The notes: generated from the letters alone by a model not told the origin. DNA of 52,887 bases, filler included, from Sphacelaria rigidula (GCA_964200075.2; 3 parts of 3 records of this genome joined end to end with filler, not necessarily neighbours in it); one strand, 5' to 3'. Counted from the first letter of the whole stretch, positions 1 to 12,945 are shown. Program-made: numbers and translations.

Positions 1-409
1 ACGCTTGCGGAGAGCGGTGTGTGGAATGATATAAGCGGAAGATGCCGGCGTCATTTCGGGATCCCACGACGACCTGGCGAGGACAATGACCGTTACAGTG
101 CACGTGTTTGGGGCCTTTATCAGAATACTTCCGACCTGAGTCCCAGTGCACATGTACGTGGGCTATCAGTGCAGATTGACGGTGTTCTAGATTTACGGGG
201 CGGAGATCATGGACCAATCATGACGTCGATATTGTGCTATGACTAGATGTGCCACATGGAAGGCGATGCGTTCTACAGGCCCCCTACTGCCTTCAGTAGT
301 CTTCTATATACTTGTACTGCATATTCCGATACTGCATACTTGGGGTTTGGACGCAGCTCGAGAAGCTTGCACGGTCTACAACGGGTGAGTAAAGGGTATA
401 AGGCGTTAA

Positions 410-1450
410 TGAAGAAGAGTGACTACACATTCCCCTATACCCAGAGCATCCCCTTCAAGGGGCTTTTTCATAGCCCTTGTACTGACAGTGACGGAGATGA
501 AGACGGAGACCCTCTTGATACGGGTACCCGAGGAACCGCCGAAGAAGTGGGAACCACCCTCGCCACCAACAGCATCTCGCCCGCCACTGGCCATGGAAGC
601 AGCGGGCCAGAACCACGGGCAGAGCACTCAGTTCCGATACATGTGTGGTCTCGCCAACGAAGATGGCGAGCTTACACAAGATATCAACCGCCGAAGTAGA
701 CCAGCGTGGGTGTGCGTGAGGAAGCTCCCCCTAGAGCTCTTTGCCCAACCGAGAGCACCGTGGAGACTCGAGGTCCAACTGCTCAAAGCGAAGGCAGTGG
801 AGACTCTACTGTACGGGTGCACGACGTGGCCTCCAACGGCCAGGGCTACCAGTGGATGAGAAGGACGCACGATCGGCTCCTTCTGCGAGTTCTCAGGTAC
901 CGCCTCGTGCGTGGCACGTACCGACAGCTTTCGCACGCCCAGGCCCCCGTGAAGATTGGATGCCAGAGTGCCGATCCGCCCACCGCGACTGCTGTTCGCG
1001 GGAGCTCTGGGTTGACAACCGGATGGATGACTACCGAAGGGACTGGTGTTCGGAACAGCTGTGGGAGGTTGGGGTCCAGGAAAAGGATGCCCGGAGCAAC
1101 ACTAGCTGAAGTGCCTCAGGAACGATCTCGCAGCGCTCGGAGCCAAAGACGGCTCTACGGATATAAAAGCCGTTCGGAGTTGACAGTGTCCTCTCGACTA
1201 GAGCAGCCAAGAAGGTGGGGGGAACGCCATGGCACGCGGGGGTGCTGCGACAATGGAAAAGGTGTATGACGTCATGGCACATGGACAAGGAGGAGGTCAG
1301 CCGACGGCGCGCGAGTAAACGGGACAACAACGGAGTCAGAACAGCAGAGACGACCGCGAAGAGGGTGGTGGGAGGGTGAGGTGTGAACAACCGAAAAAAC
1401 GCATGAAGGTTCTCACTACAAATATCAATGCGGTCGAGGAGAGCAGGAAG
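410..1450 (+). mobile_element. Degenerate non-LTR retrotransposon (RTE-like LINE), 3' part of the reverse transcriptase ORF
   Basis: Frame 419..859 reads ...TEMKTETLLIR...EAAGQ...QSTQFRYMCGLANEDGELTQDINRRSRPAWVCVRKL..ELF.QPRAPWRLEVQLLKAKAVETLLYGCTTW, the typical post-YADD C-terminal segment of RTE-clade RT (F.YLG...D..INRR...AW...LLYGC.TW). It continues in shifted frames (HDRLLLRVL..YRQLS, W.KCL.ND) with frameshifts. Confidence 0.75.
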
Positions 1451-3954
1451 GAGATGGAAGAACGTATACAGTAGCCAGATATGTATCGAGCTGCATGTGG
1501 GGGAGGTTGCAGGAATACCCACCACCACCCCATGCCTTTTTTTCTGACTATTTCCTTCCTTCCCTTGTGCGGTACTCTTCCCCCGATGTGGCGTGTCGTC
1601 ATTGCTGTTCATGTTATGTCCAGTGTAATCGTACATACGGTGGTCCCTCCAATGTCTGCGTACGGCTGGGGTGTACCTGTGCGATGAAATCCCGGCATGG
1701 AATATTCCAGCATGATACTTGTGGGAATGTGGGGTTGACTTGGAGTTCAGGGTACAGGTAAAGAACCTTGCGACTTTCATTGCTACGATTAGGGATCTCT
1801 GGGTATATGCCTGTTCGGCTTCGCCTGTGGGATCTTGTCTCCAGTAGTCCAAATGGTCGCCTGTGACACCGGATTTGATGGGTTAATCAAGATCATGGGT
1901 ACACCCCCTCCGCCCCCCTATTATGGGTAAGACTTGTGGAAGAATACTGTGTAAGGTGAAGGAATACGTGATACGTGCCTACTGGAATCTGCCCATGTCG
2001 ATTTTTCTGGTTCCTGTTTCATTTATCTTCCCCCATCACACCTCATTTGGGCTACTGGGTCTGTGGCCGAGTTCGCATTAGATGCCCAGTGTAAGTACTG
2101 TTCAGATATCGAACCATCCGTGATGTGAAGGCAGCAACAGTGGCCACGGCTGGAATTGTAGCACGTCGGCCAATGTGCGACAATCGACAATCAACGATCG
2201 CATCACTTCGAAATGCTGAGGAACACGTGCGAAGTACACAAACGCGCTGACAGGTGTACATGGAGAAGGTACAGCGCACATACCTAATATAGTTGGCCCG
2301 CGCCTGTTCACGGAAAATTGCCGCGGATCGATGATCAACATCGAGCCCATTTGAGCACATACATTGTTTTCACTCCCAGAGTAGTTCAACAATTGTCCAG
2401 TAATACTGCAACCACGGGCATGTGTTCGTGTTCAGCAGAAGGTACCAAATGAAGCATTGAAGTAGACGTTGAGACACCCCGCATACACCGTCAGACGGGA
2501 GGGTGCTACTTTTATGCCTCTCCATTTTCGTCAACCGACCATGGAATCTCATCAGAAAACACACCCATGTCACTGCGCATGTGAAGAGAGTGCTCCCTGT
2601 CAATCCAGTGGCTGCATGCATTTGTCTTACGAGTACATCATGCAGGTAGCGAGATGAGCGAGAAATAGAACCACAGTTACAAGTGTTATCAGCGTATATT
2701 GTCCAGGTATCATCACCTTTTCATGTCACCACGATGATCACGAAGAAACCATTCAACATCACAACCACACCGTATGCATCCCTTACACCACAACAACTAC
2801 AATCATCTGCCTTGCTTCCCCGACACGTTCCTCCACAACAGTCAGTTCTATCAGCATATTCACCCTATCTATATTTCCCTTCCAGTACACTTTTCGCCAC
2901 CAGTACGAGTAGAATCGTAGCTTTCAAGCCCAAGGTGACCACGCCTAGACCCTATCCGCATCCAGGTGCCTCCTTGGAAAAGAGGGTTGCTACAGCGGGG
3001 TCAAAGACCATCAACATTATGCTGACCGTGACTTGTACCCACAACCCACAAGGGACTGCAGACACGACGGAGCTTTACACGGTCGTGGGCACAACATCCA
3101 CACGCGGAACACGCACACGACAAACACGATACACATCCGTAACACCCGACACACAAAATCACACCAATACGCCCCCCACTGCCACACCTACCCACATTAA
3201 ACGGAAAACAAAGCACAAGCAGGGACGACTCAAGTCAAATCTTAAATACAGTAAATGCCAAACATCCCACAACATGAGACCTACCGCAAACAAACACAGA
3301 CAAGTCAAAGCGAGGGCCACATTTCCATCATGCCCCCACTCTCACGCTCCAATAAGCGAGAAAAGGCTTACTTCCAGCAACTACAAGAAGCAAACCACAC
3401 ACAAGTCGCGTCCATTCGAACCCACTTAGCCTCAAGTTCTACGTTGACGTGACGAAGCTTATCCAGCTAACGGACCGCATGTCTCACTAGGCGTACGCGA
3501 TATCTATGCCCCCCCCTTCATCGAAAGGTCTCGCCCCCCAGTTGAACCAAGGTTCCCTGCAGGCAGGCGCGAGAATCCACATCCCACGCCCCATCATAAT
3601 TCCTTCGTCAGTCTTTCATCAGCCACAGCCGATACAGCGCAACTTGTTTGAAGTCCCGATCGAAGGGTTACACACGATAGCCGGAGCACTGCAGTGATGA
3701 CGATGGCGTCGTCAGTTTCTTCTCCAATTCACCGCATACCATCTGCAACGGAGACAACGTACGACACGCGAAGATCGTTTACGGAAACTCTCCAAGTGGA
3801 AAATGCACCCGTACAGCCAACATTTCCATCATCTCCACATAGCATACATATTCCATGCACATGATAGCCCTGACAGGGAGCAGAGATTGCACGAGACATG
3901 AGATGGCTTGACAAACGTAATCTTCTCACAAATCGCCGACCCACGGTACTCACG

Positions 3955-6900
3955 TTAGACCTCGCGACAACATGTCTCCACACTGCACAGCGCTTCCTCC
4001 ACGCTCGAGCTCGCGCTCCACCAGCTCACAAACTTGTAAGTGCTTCCCGCCCCCCTACCAACAGGAGACCTCAGCATGCGGCGCCCGTCGCCGCTGCCGG
4101 CCACGTCATCAGAGTCCCACTCGTAGTCATCTGACCGGTCATACGACGAGTCATAAGGGAAGTTTTCATCGAAGAAGTCTTTGAAGGAAGAGGACTCGTC
4201 GTCGTAGCCGTAGGAGTAGATGCCGTCGTCTCCATCGGATCCGGGCCCCGGCGCTGGCTCGGGCGGTACCGTTTCGTCGTTGGGGTCGTGCTTGCAGTCC
4301 TTGTCCGCGGCATTGTCTATGATGGCGAAGCCTGCCGGGCACGCGTAGGACATGCAGCTGCCATGTTGCGCTTGGGGTTGGCCTGTAGGAGAAGATACGT
4401 TGCGGCGGAGGGTGCGGGGAGAGTGGGATGATCGAGTGTATTCAGCTGCTGCATGTATGCTGAGACGTGCAATGCTATCTGCTGTCGAGTACAAGAGAAG
4501 GAAAGTATTGTTTTCCGCGTGCGTTTGCTGAGCTGCATGTTGGCGGAAACCCGTCTATGAAACACCTGTGTGTGTCTGACACGGGAGATTTTGGGCAAGA
4601 ATGGAAAATTTGGGGCGTCGATATTCCAGATCTTTTGGCAATGGACAGTCCAAACACCCTGGAATATCCAGTTCTTTGGATGCTGAATCAGTACGCCAGG
4701 TGGTACAGGATACCCACATAGTATTGTCGGCAGTCGTTACCCCGGGTACTTTGGGGTACTCGGCATTTGCAGCGGTCGATATTTCAGGAATATCAGCGTT
4801 TCTGGCAGTTGGTCATCCATTTGCTCTGGGTTGCTCAGCATTTTCGACACCCGATACTCCTTGTACTCGGGAACACTTTGGCGTTCCAGAGGCTAAGTAC
4901 TTACAGGCACTCCTTTAGTACAATACCCGCTACTCTCATTAGTCATTACTCCCAGTTATTTTGGAATACGTGCGTACTTTGGATGAGTCAATGCCATGTG
5001 TATTCTGGGATATCCAAGTGATGCTGGAGACGTCGATACCCTAGGCACTCGGATCATAGCCGTGGTGCCGTCTTCCACCTTTTGAATACTACATAAGGCG
5101 ACAACTCACGCTTCATGGCCGGCCTAACCCACTACTGGCGCTGGTCGCTCGAAACCAACCCATGTCTCCCCCGGTACATGTCTGATACTCACGTATAGTA
5201 CCGCCTACTACATCAGCACTCTAGCGCCGTAATCACATCCTCACGCTTTCAAACAACCGGACCCAAATACTCCTTCGAAAGAAGGCGACAGAGAAATAGA
5301 AGCGGCTGAGAATCGAACCCCCTTCTTCGATTTCAAAATGTATCATGTCGATCACCCACTCCCATCAATGTGTGTGTGTGTTTTCTGCCGGACACATGGC
5401 GACTCGGAAGTCGACAGATCCCATATACGACAGAGGGTTTGTACCTCCATCTGCCTCAACCAGATAGCACGGCTGGAGCTAGGTCGACGTTGCCTTCTTA
5501 CCAACGTCATATCTGCGGAGACAGCGTCTCCACGACGTGGCAAATAAACGTAGATTGGTACTCGGGGCGAACACGCTTAGTTTAAGTCAAAGCCGCACGC
5601 CTACTGGTAGTGAGTACACGTACTCGCACTCTGAAGTATCTCCCCACTTCCACTCACCAGCATCGCAGCACGCTTCCTGCGTGCAGACGCCGTTCTCGCA
5701 CGAGGTCGTGTCGGCGTAGGGGATAGGATTGGTGCCGGCTGCACACCCGAAGCTCGAGCAAAACAACGAACAGCACTGCTCCACCTTGCACTCACCGCCC
5801 ACGCACTCGACCGTGTGCGCGTCGGCGATCGGCACGTACGTGTTGGGACAGCCTATGGAGTTGCAGTATGCCGTGGGTTTTGAGACCTGATTGGGTGTTG
5901 GGGGAGTGCGGCAGCAACAGTGCGGAGAGGAGCAGTTCGCGCACGAATGTGAGAGAAGTCGTGATTAGGTGCTGAAAACCCCTGAACAAGACAAAAGCAT
6001 TGCTTTGCCATTCAACGCAGGCTCTGCAAATCGCATGAGGGAACAGTGACTATTCTTGTGATCGTGGCTATCAAACGGAACATCTTGCGGTTGGCAAGGT
6101 AGTCACAAGTGCTGACGGTCCCGCCATGAGCCATTTGGATGGGACGGGTACATAGCACAAGGACAAGCGCCGCACTCACGTATTGTTGCCAATACAACGT
6201 TGACCGCCATAGGTCCCCCAGAGGGAGGGATCTGAGAGATGGACGGTCTTTGTTGTACAGGAACAGAGCTGAAATGCTGGCCTCGAGTTAGAAATAGATC
6301 TGGACCTAGACAATCCCTTGCACAAGTCACGCGATACAGATATCGGACGTGGTCTTCAGTAGTGGTGAAACTCACGCCATCGGGTCAAAAGGGAAAAACG
6401 GTGTGATTGCCGGTAGAGGCTTTTTTTGCCTCAACAGTGTAGAATTTCCTTTGTTGGAAACGTGAGAACGTGAGTAGCACAAAGAATCTTGCGAGTTGCT
6501 TGGACGGCAGTCAACGCGGTGATCCAAAACGCGATGCCAAAATGTACAGCGTGTACCGGGCGGGGATGGGTCGATCACTTGGACCGGGGGAGGGCAGGCG
6601 TGGGGGAGACAACCGAGTAGATCAAGGCGCGTCGAGGTGAGCGAGGGCGGATGTGGGTTCACTCCTCCAGCCAGCCGAATACTGCACACGTGGACAGGTA
6701 GTACCCTGTGGGGCACGTTTACAGGGTTCATTCAATGACTGTGCAGTGTTTCTCGCGGTAATTTGGCGGTAGGGTGCTTTTTTGCGCCACACATGACACT
6801 TCACAGGGTTTCAATGAAACCGTACAGTGTTTCTAGGGGGATTTGGCTGTAGAGTATTTTTATTGCGCCTCACAGTACGCTTCACTTGGTTACGTCACCC

Positions 6901-8030
6901 CGTGTAGTGTTGATTGCTGTTAAAGTGATGTACAGCACATTTACGCATATACAATATGCTCCACCTTGCAGCGCAGGCACGCTACTGGCCGAAAAAAACG
7001 GTCGAAATATGACAGGTAAAGGTGTCGAACTCCTGCTTCTACGGACGAGAGGACGACTCCCTGAGCATTAAACCATACAACTTTAGTGTTGTCAGAAAAT
7101 ACGCACCGATCGGTGTGGGACATGTTCCGCACATGTGACGGGGTGCATATACTTACCTCAGCCTCGGCGACTCTCCGGGCCCGGCGCGCCCCGCGAAGTC
7201 CCGTCCTAGCGCCATGTTTGACTCCTGCGCGGTACAATTACCGACGAAACGGGACAGGAAATTCGTCGAGGAGTTTGATGCTGGAGTGGTACACGCGGAC
7301 TGCGTGTGGTAGCTATTGCATCAGCTTGTCGGTCATCACGGTCGCAGACCGTTGACAAACTTTGCGCGTTAGAGCTATCCGCTTCTTCTTTGCCGAAGAC
7401 ATGTTTCTTAAAAAACACGAAGCCCAACGGGGTTCGTACAATCCTCAGGAACCAAAGCTACGCAACCGCAATGGAGGGGAAGGTTGAAGCGCAAAATAAG
7501 GTGTGTTGTATATGTATATACGTGTTGTCCTTACTGACTCCTTCTCTCCCTTCGCACGAGTCTGGCCTCTCTCAAGCGATGAACACATCTTCCCCGGTAC
7601 AGTACAGAAAATAATATGCCATGCGAGCATCGTCGCACCCCCATGCAAGGCGTGTGCCATTGAAAGCCACGATGTAGCAGTAAATCAAGAAGCTGGAAAT
7701 GACTGACAAGCAAGATCTCCGGGACGTATGAGGTCTATAGAGTACCCCACATAGTCCATGTCGAAAGTAGATGCCGCGATGCCTATCGTGCGAAACCCCG
7801 AAAGGGGGTATACATACCATGGGTGCCGCAGATTTTGTCAGAAGCACGGTTGAACAACCTCTCTCCTCACGGTGTGTTCCAACACCTGATATTGAGAACA
7901 TACGACGACACACGAGTGATCATCACTACCGTACTATATATGTAACGCAAGCTGGATCCCCACCTCGTGCTCCAACCCCAGTGGTGGTCACGACGAAAGT
8001 GGCCGTCAGCAGAGCGGCGTAGGTCTTCAT
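3955..8030 (-). CDS. Secreted cysteine-rich repeat protein, copy A (~263 aa). Exons 8030-7964, tentative 6247-6180, 5886-5658, 4382-3955
   Basis: Exon 1 is signal-peptide-like MKTYAALLTATFVVTTTGVGAR with donor GAG|GTGGGG. The Cys exon (CAG acceptor, G|GTGAGT donor) encodes two C-x4-C-x14-C-x4-C-x4-CC repeats. The last exon (CAG acceptor, phase 1) encodes a third repeat split by an acidic insert and ends in TAA. The phases close only with a 68-nt middle exon (AAG acceptor, GTGAGT donor), which is uncertain. Confidence 0.7.
6722..6878. repeat. Two diverged ~80-bp tandem units in intron 1 of copy A
   Basis: CAGGGTT..TCAATGA..GT.CAGTGTTTCT.G.GG.ATTTGGC.GTAG.GT..TTTT..TGCGCC.CACA occurs twice, starting at ~6722 and ~6804. 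Confidence 0.6.
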
Positions 8031-9291
8031 GATTCTCGCCAGCGGTCGGTGGTACTTCGACGCCGTGGTAGAGTACAGCACTCCAGACGCTGAGTATAGA
8101 TCCGGTCGATTGATGCAGCGTGTGTTTAGCAGGGTTGACTTCGTTGTCGGTCGGTGTCCTCGTATCCTCAGGCGTCGGTGTAATTGATTGTCTTCTCCGA
8201 TGTCGGTGCTTGAGTACGACCACAGGTATCGATGGTAGACAGCTTCTCTTGTGTCACACGGAGGCGGGAGTGATGACGATGATGGTATTAGTATGCTGTG
8301 AGGGAGTGTTGACTGCGGACTGTGAGGGATGCGTGCGGCTGAGTGCGGGTTGCGGACCCCGGCAGTAGGTTACACTAGAGCAGATGCCACAACTCAAAAC
8401 GGCGTGCAGAATAATCAACCATGCTTGTACAATCGGTATTCAATGGGGCAAGTTCGGGCTCCTTCAAACCCGGGTCTAATTAGCTGTGTTGATTCGTATT
8501 CAGCCCCCACCACCGTTTCCACCGAATCAGCGCCACGGAGTGTGGGGCCCTAAACTTGGCGAGTTCATCGAAATTCCACGGTTGCGAGTTTGAAACACAG
8601 TGTATTTCAGTCCACGACCACCCCATACATTCGGCAGCTTTTGGGAGAGCTGACAGTCCCGAGTCCTGCAATCTTCCGCATCGCGCCCTTGGCCGAGGAC
8701 GCCGTATATAAACACTTCTACAGGTCATTCATCATGGCCGGCACGGGTCGTCCAATCCAGAATGCACCACGGTCGATATAACCAGAACGTTTCGTGAACG
8801 ATCTTCGTCGCACAGCACATCAGAAGGGTACATGCATTTGGAGTTTGAGCGAAACCAAACTTGCATAAAGGTGTGCTGTGGTATGATAGGTTGGTTCTAT
8901 GGTTGATGACTCCAAATAGATAGACCGTTACAGGACTAATTCAGGCGTTGTAACTCACTGTCGGGGTCCGCTGTGTTGCACCGCCCGGCGTCCGGCCGCC
9001 CACATCCCTCACTGTCCGCAGCCAACGCCATCTTTGCATCTTATCACCACCATCACTTGCTTGTACCGGCTGCATACAAGAGAGACAAGACTCACATCCC
9101 CGTCTATCATCGACACTTTTCGTCGCACTCATTCCCCAACACAACAAAGAAAAAGGCAAGTATTAATAGTACTGGCGACAGGATACGAGGGTGGACCGGT
9201 CGACAACGAAACCACCTGTCATAGGCGCCGAGTGAAATACTCCACTGCACCACAGCAAAGAAGTACGGGACGCCAGACGCCAGCGAGAATC

Positions 9292-11973
9292 ATGAAGATC
9301 AACGCTGTTTTCTTGGCCGCCACTGTCGCCGTCGTGGACGTCGGAGCAGCTCGAGGTGAAGTTCAGTTATTATTTCTATTCTACGCGTTCATTCGTCGGG
9401 AACAGGAACGGGATATTTGTGACTGTATTTTTGGTTGCAGACACCATGATGGAGGATAGCACAGGATATGCAGGATCATGATGAGTAGGGCGCGAGATCC
9501 ACAGGACATACATGGACGTCCAGATGAAGCAGAAAAGACCACGCGGCTCGTAAAGAATTTTGGTGGTCTTCTCTTGTGTCTAGAAGATGTGTGGTGGGCA
9601 CTTTCGCGAGTGCCGGCGAGCGTTGCTTGCGTAATACATGAGAAAATAATCAGTGCACCAGGGAGCAGCGCAGACAAGATTAGTAGATGCATCCCGTCGC
9701 ATGTGCGGAACATATCCCACATGAACCAACATGCGTTTTTTGACAGCACCAAATTTGTAATCTTCAGCTAGCTTGAGATGCACACCCATACGACGCCATC
9801 GTCCACCTCGACTTGTCCTATATCGATCGCGATGGCCATACCCGGGCTCAGTATTGTGCGACTTGTACAAGAGATGGTCTAGATCCTCGTCGATTTTCAA
9901 CAACACGAGGTCACGGTTTCAGTACTTTTCACGCACAACAGCGGACATTTGCCTCTCAAACCCCTCGCTTTGGAGGACCTACGTTGCATGGGCAGCGAAC
10001 TGAAGGACATGCATGCGACGCTTGTTCCGGCGCTATGTATCCGTCCCGTCCCAATCGCCCATGGCGGTACCGCTCTTGAGACCACCACGGCAACCACAAG
10101 GTGTTGGGTTCCACAAGCTACGACCACGAAAATAGAAATCGTTCCTTCATGCGATACGAATTGTCCGCGTTGAATGACAAAGCGAGGTGTTTCTCTAGTT
10201 TAGGGGTTCCCCGTCCATGTTGACGATCTCCCTTGCGTTCGTGCGCGAATCGTTTCTCTTCGCACTGTTGCTGCCACACTCCCCCAACACCCAATCAGGT
10301 CTCAAAACCCACGGCATACTGCAACTCCATAGGCTGTCCCAACACGTACGTGCCGATCGCCGAAGCGCACACGGTCGAGTGCGTGGGCGGTGAGTGCAAG
10401 GTGGAGCAGTGCTGTTCGTTGTTTTGCTCGAGCTTCGGGTGTGCAGCCGGCACCAATCCTATCCCCTACGCCGACACGACCTCGTGCGAGAACGGCGTCT
10501 GCACGCAGGAAGCGTGCTGCGATGCTGGTGAGTGGAAGTGGAGAGATACTCCGGACTACGATGACGTGTGACAAACCTTTCCCTACCACGTGATCCTTCC
10601 ATCGCATATCTAAATCTGTCTAGTAGATAACAGCTGAATATCCACGTACCACTGAAGCCGTGCTATTTGGTTGAAGCACATGTAAACTATCTGGTTGAGC
10701 CACGTGAAGGTACAGCCTTTCCGAACGTACACGCATAGATGGGCCTGCGGTGATCGAACTGATTCATCCTGAAATCGGAGTAGGGGGTTCGATTCTCAGC
10801 CGCCTTTAATTCGTTCTCGCCTCTTTTTTCTCAGGACCATTTGGTTTCGATCGTTGATAGCGTGCGGATATGAATACGGCGATAGAGTGCTCATCTAGTC
10901 GGGGGCACTCTGCCTAAATATCAGGCATGTACCGGCGGAGACATGGGTTGATTTCTTCGACACTCTGATCTTGTCCCGAGGAGGGAGACGGGTCGTCATT
11001 TTGACGAAACGACTTCATGCTGTCGTGCCGAGCGACCGGTGCCAACAATTGAGTAGGTCGGCCATGGAGCGTCAGTTTTCGCCCCATCTACTGTAGTAGT
11101 AAGAAGGAGGAGGACGGTACCACGACTATGATCAGGGTGTCCAGAGTATCGGCGCCGGAAATATCACTGAGTATCCCGCACGGCGTTTGGCATTGACTCA
11201 TCCCAAGTACGTGTCCTGGACCATCTCGGGTACTGTCTCATCATCCAAAGAAGCGAATATCCCAGCGTAGCTGGACTGATCACTGAAGGAAGATGTGAAG
11301 TATCGACACCCCAGGTTTTCCATTCTTGTCTAAACTCTACTCTGTCCGGCACAAATCAGGTGTTTCATAGACAGACAGGTTTCCGCCAACATGCAGCTCA
11401 GCAAACGCACGCGGAAAACAATACTTTCCTTCTCTTGTACTCGATAGCAGATAGCATTGTACGTCTCAGCATACATGCAGCGGCTGAATACACGCGATCA
11501 TCCCACTCTCCCCGCACGCTCCGCCGCGACGTATCTTCTCCTGTACAGACCAACCCCAAGCGCAACATGGCAGCTGTATGTCCTACGCGTGCCCGGCAGG
11601 CTTCGCCATCATAGACAATGCCGCGGACAAGGACTGCAAGCACGACTCCAACGACGAAACGGCACCGCCCGAGCCAGCCCCCGGGCCCGGATCCGATGGA
11701 GACGACATCTACTCCTACGGCTACGACGACGAGTCCTCTTCCTTCAAAGACTTCTTCGATGAAAACTTCCCTTATGACTTGTCGTATGACCTGTCGGACG
11801 ACTACGAGTGGGACTCTGATGACGTGGCCAGCAGCGGCGACGGGCGCCGCATGCTGAGGTCTCCTGTTGGTAGGGGGGCGGGAAGCACTTACAAGTTCGT
11901 GAGCTGGTGGGGCACGAGCTCGAGCGTGGAGGAAGCGTTGTGCAGTGTGGAGACATGTTGTCGCGAGGTCTAA
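9292..11973 (+). CDS. Secreted cysteine-rich repeat protein, copy B (inverted paralog of copy A, possibly pseudogenised at exon 2). Exons 9292-9355, decayed or tentative 9942-(9982 or 10100), 10299-10527, 11549-11973
   Basis: Exon 1 is MKINAVFLAATVAVVDVGAAR with donor GAG|GTGAAG. Exon 10299-10527 reads VSKPTAYCNSIGCPNTYVPIAEAHTVECVGGECKVEQCCSLFCSSFGCAAGTNPIPYADTTSCENGVCTQEACCDA. Exon 11549-11973 reads DQPQAQHGSCMSYACPAG...LCSVETCCREV*. These exons have canonical splice sites, but the middle exon has a stop and frameshift unless a weak GTTGCA donor at 9983 is used. Confidence 0.65.
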
Positions 11974-12944
11974 CGTGAGTAACGTTGGTGAGCGCTTTGT
12001 GGGCAGATTTCGTTTGTTAAGTCATGTCTGTCTGTCTGGTGCAATATCTGCTTTCCGTCATGGCACGAGTCACTTGCATGGAATGTATCCTATGGAGTTG
12101 ATGGAAGTGTTGGCTGTACGGTTGCATTTCCCACCTGAGCGGTTTCCATAAATGTGATTTGTTCAACAGCTACCACGGTCGCGGCGACGAGCCCCTGACG
12201 TACCTGTGTTTACTTCATTTTTGCGTGTCGCGCGTTGCCTCCCTTGCAGGTGTTCTGTGGGGGGTGGGGTAGAACTGACGACGCCATCGCCATCACCACA
12301 TGCCTCGGCTATCGTGTGCAGCCCTTGGTCAGGGACTTGGAGTTAGCTACAATGAAGTAGTTGTGACTGAAGGATGAGCACAGTAACATGATGGGGCGTG
12401 TAGTGTGGATTTCAGCTCCTGCCTCCAGGGAACCTTGGTTCAATCTGGGGGCACGACGTAAGGAGGGGGGGCAAGGCACGGTACGCCTAGGATGGAACAT
12501 GGTCGTTAGATTAGTCGACTAGGCATCAGGTCAAGTGAGCTTAAGCAGGCGTGTTTCTTGTTTTTGCTGGAAGCGAACCTTGGCTCGCTTCTTGAACATT
12601 ACGATTGGGGCATGATAAAGTGTTTATCGTTCGCTTAGACTCGTGTTGTAAAGCAGGAGTGTCGTGGGCTTTAGTATCATATTTTCTGCCACAAGTTATT
12701 CTTTGCCATATGCCTCCGCCGATGTTTTGTTTCCCGTTTGACATGGGCAGATAGGTATGTCAATAGGGACCTCTTTTTGCACGTAGTGGATCAATGTTGG
12801 GACCTTGTGCTGTTTAGAGGACGCGACACCATTTGTGATGTGTGGAAATTGGGCTCCTGACAGGGTAAACGCGGAGACGACGTGGTTCTTCCGCGCCTTC
12901 CGTGCGGTATAGTGCAGCGCGTGTGTGTTTTGTACGTGAAACTG

Positions 12945-12945
<1 letters not shown>

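Larger units (their letters stand above)
3430..12545. repeat. Large inverted (head-to-head) duplication: arms ~3430-8090 and ~9230-12545
   Basis: Reverse-complement matches are visible in exon 1, intron 1 (7085-7150 vs 9687-9750), the decayed exon, the Cys exon (1 mismatch in 229 nt), the last intron and exon, and the 3' flank (3480-3720 vs 12270-12500). Confidence 0.9.

Noticed and set aside
1031-1852. 273-aa minus-strand ORF
   Set aside because: Mostly the antisense shadow of the LINE relic, with no recognisable motifs.
1612-1867. TG...CA-bounded segment resembling a solo LTR
   Set aside because: No target-site duplication and no second copy in the window.
2683-3429. 248-aa Thr/His-rich ORF
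   Set aside because: Low-complexity CA-rich sequence antisense to the probable 3' UTR or flank of copy A, with no domain or splice support.
10745-10805. tRNA-like GGTTCGATTC (T-loop/B-box) motif, also at ~5302-5325 on the minus strand
   Set aside because: No convincing cloverleaf or D-arm can be built. At most it is a decayed SINE or tRNA remnant duplicated with the arm.
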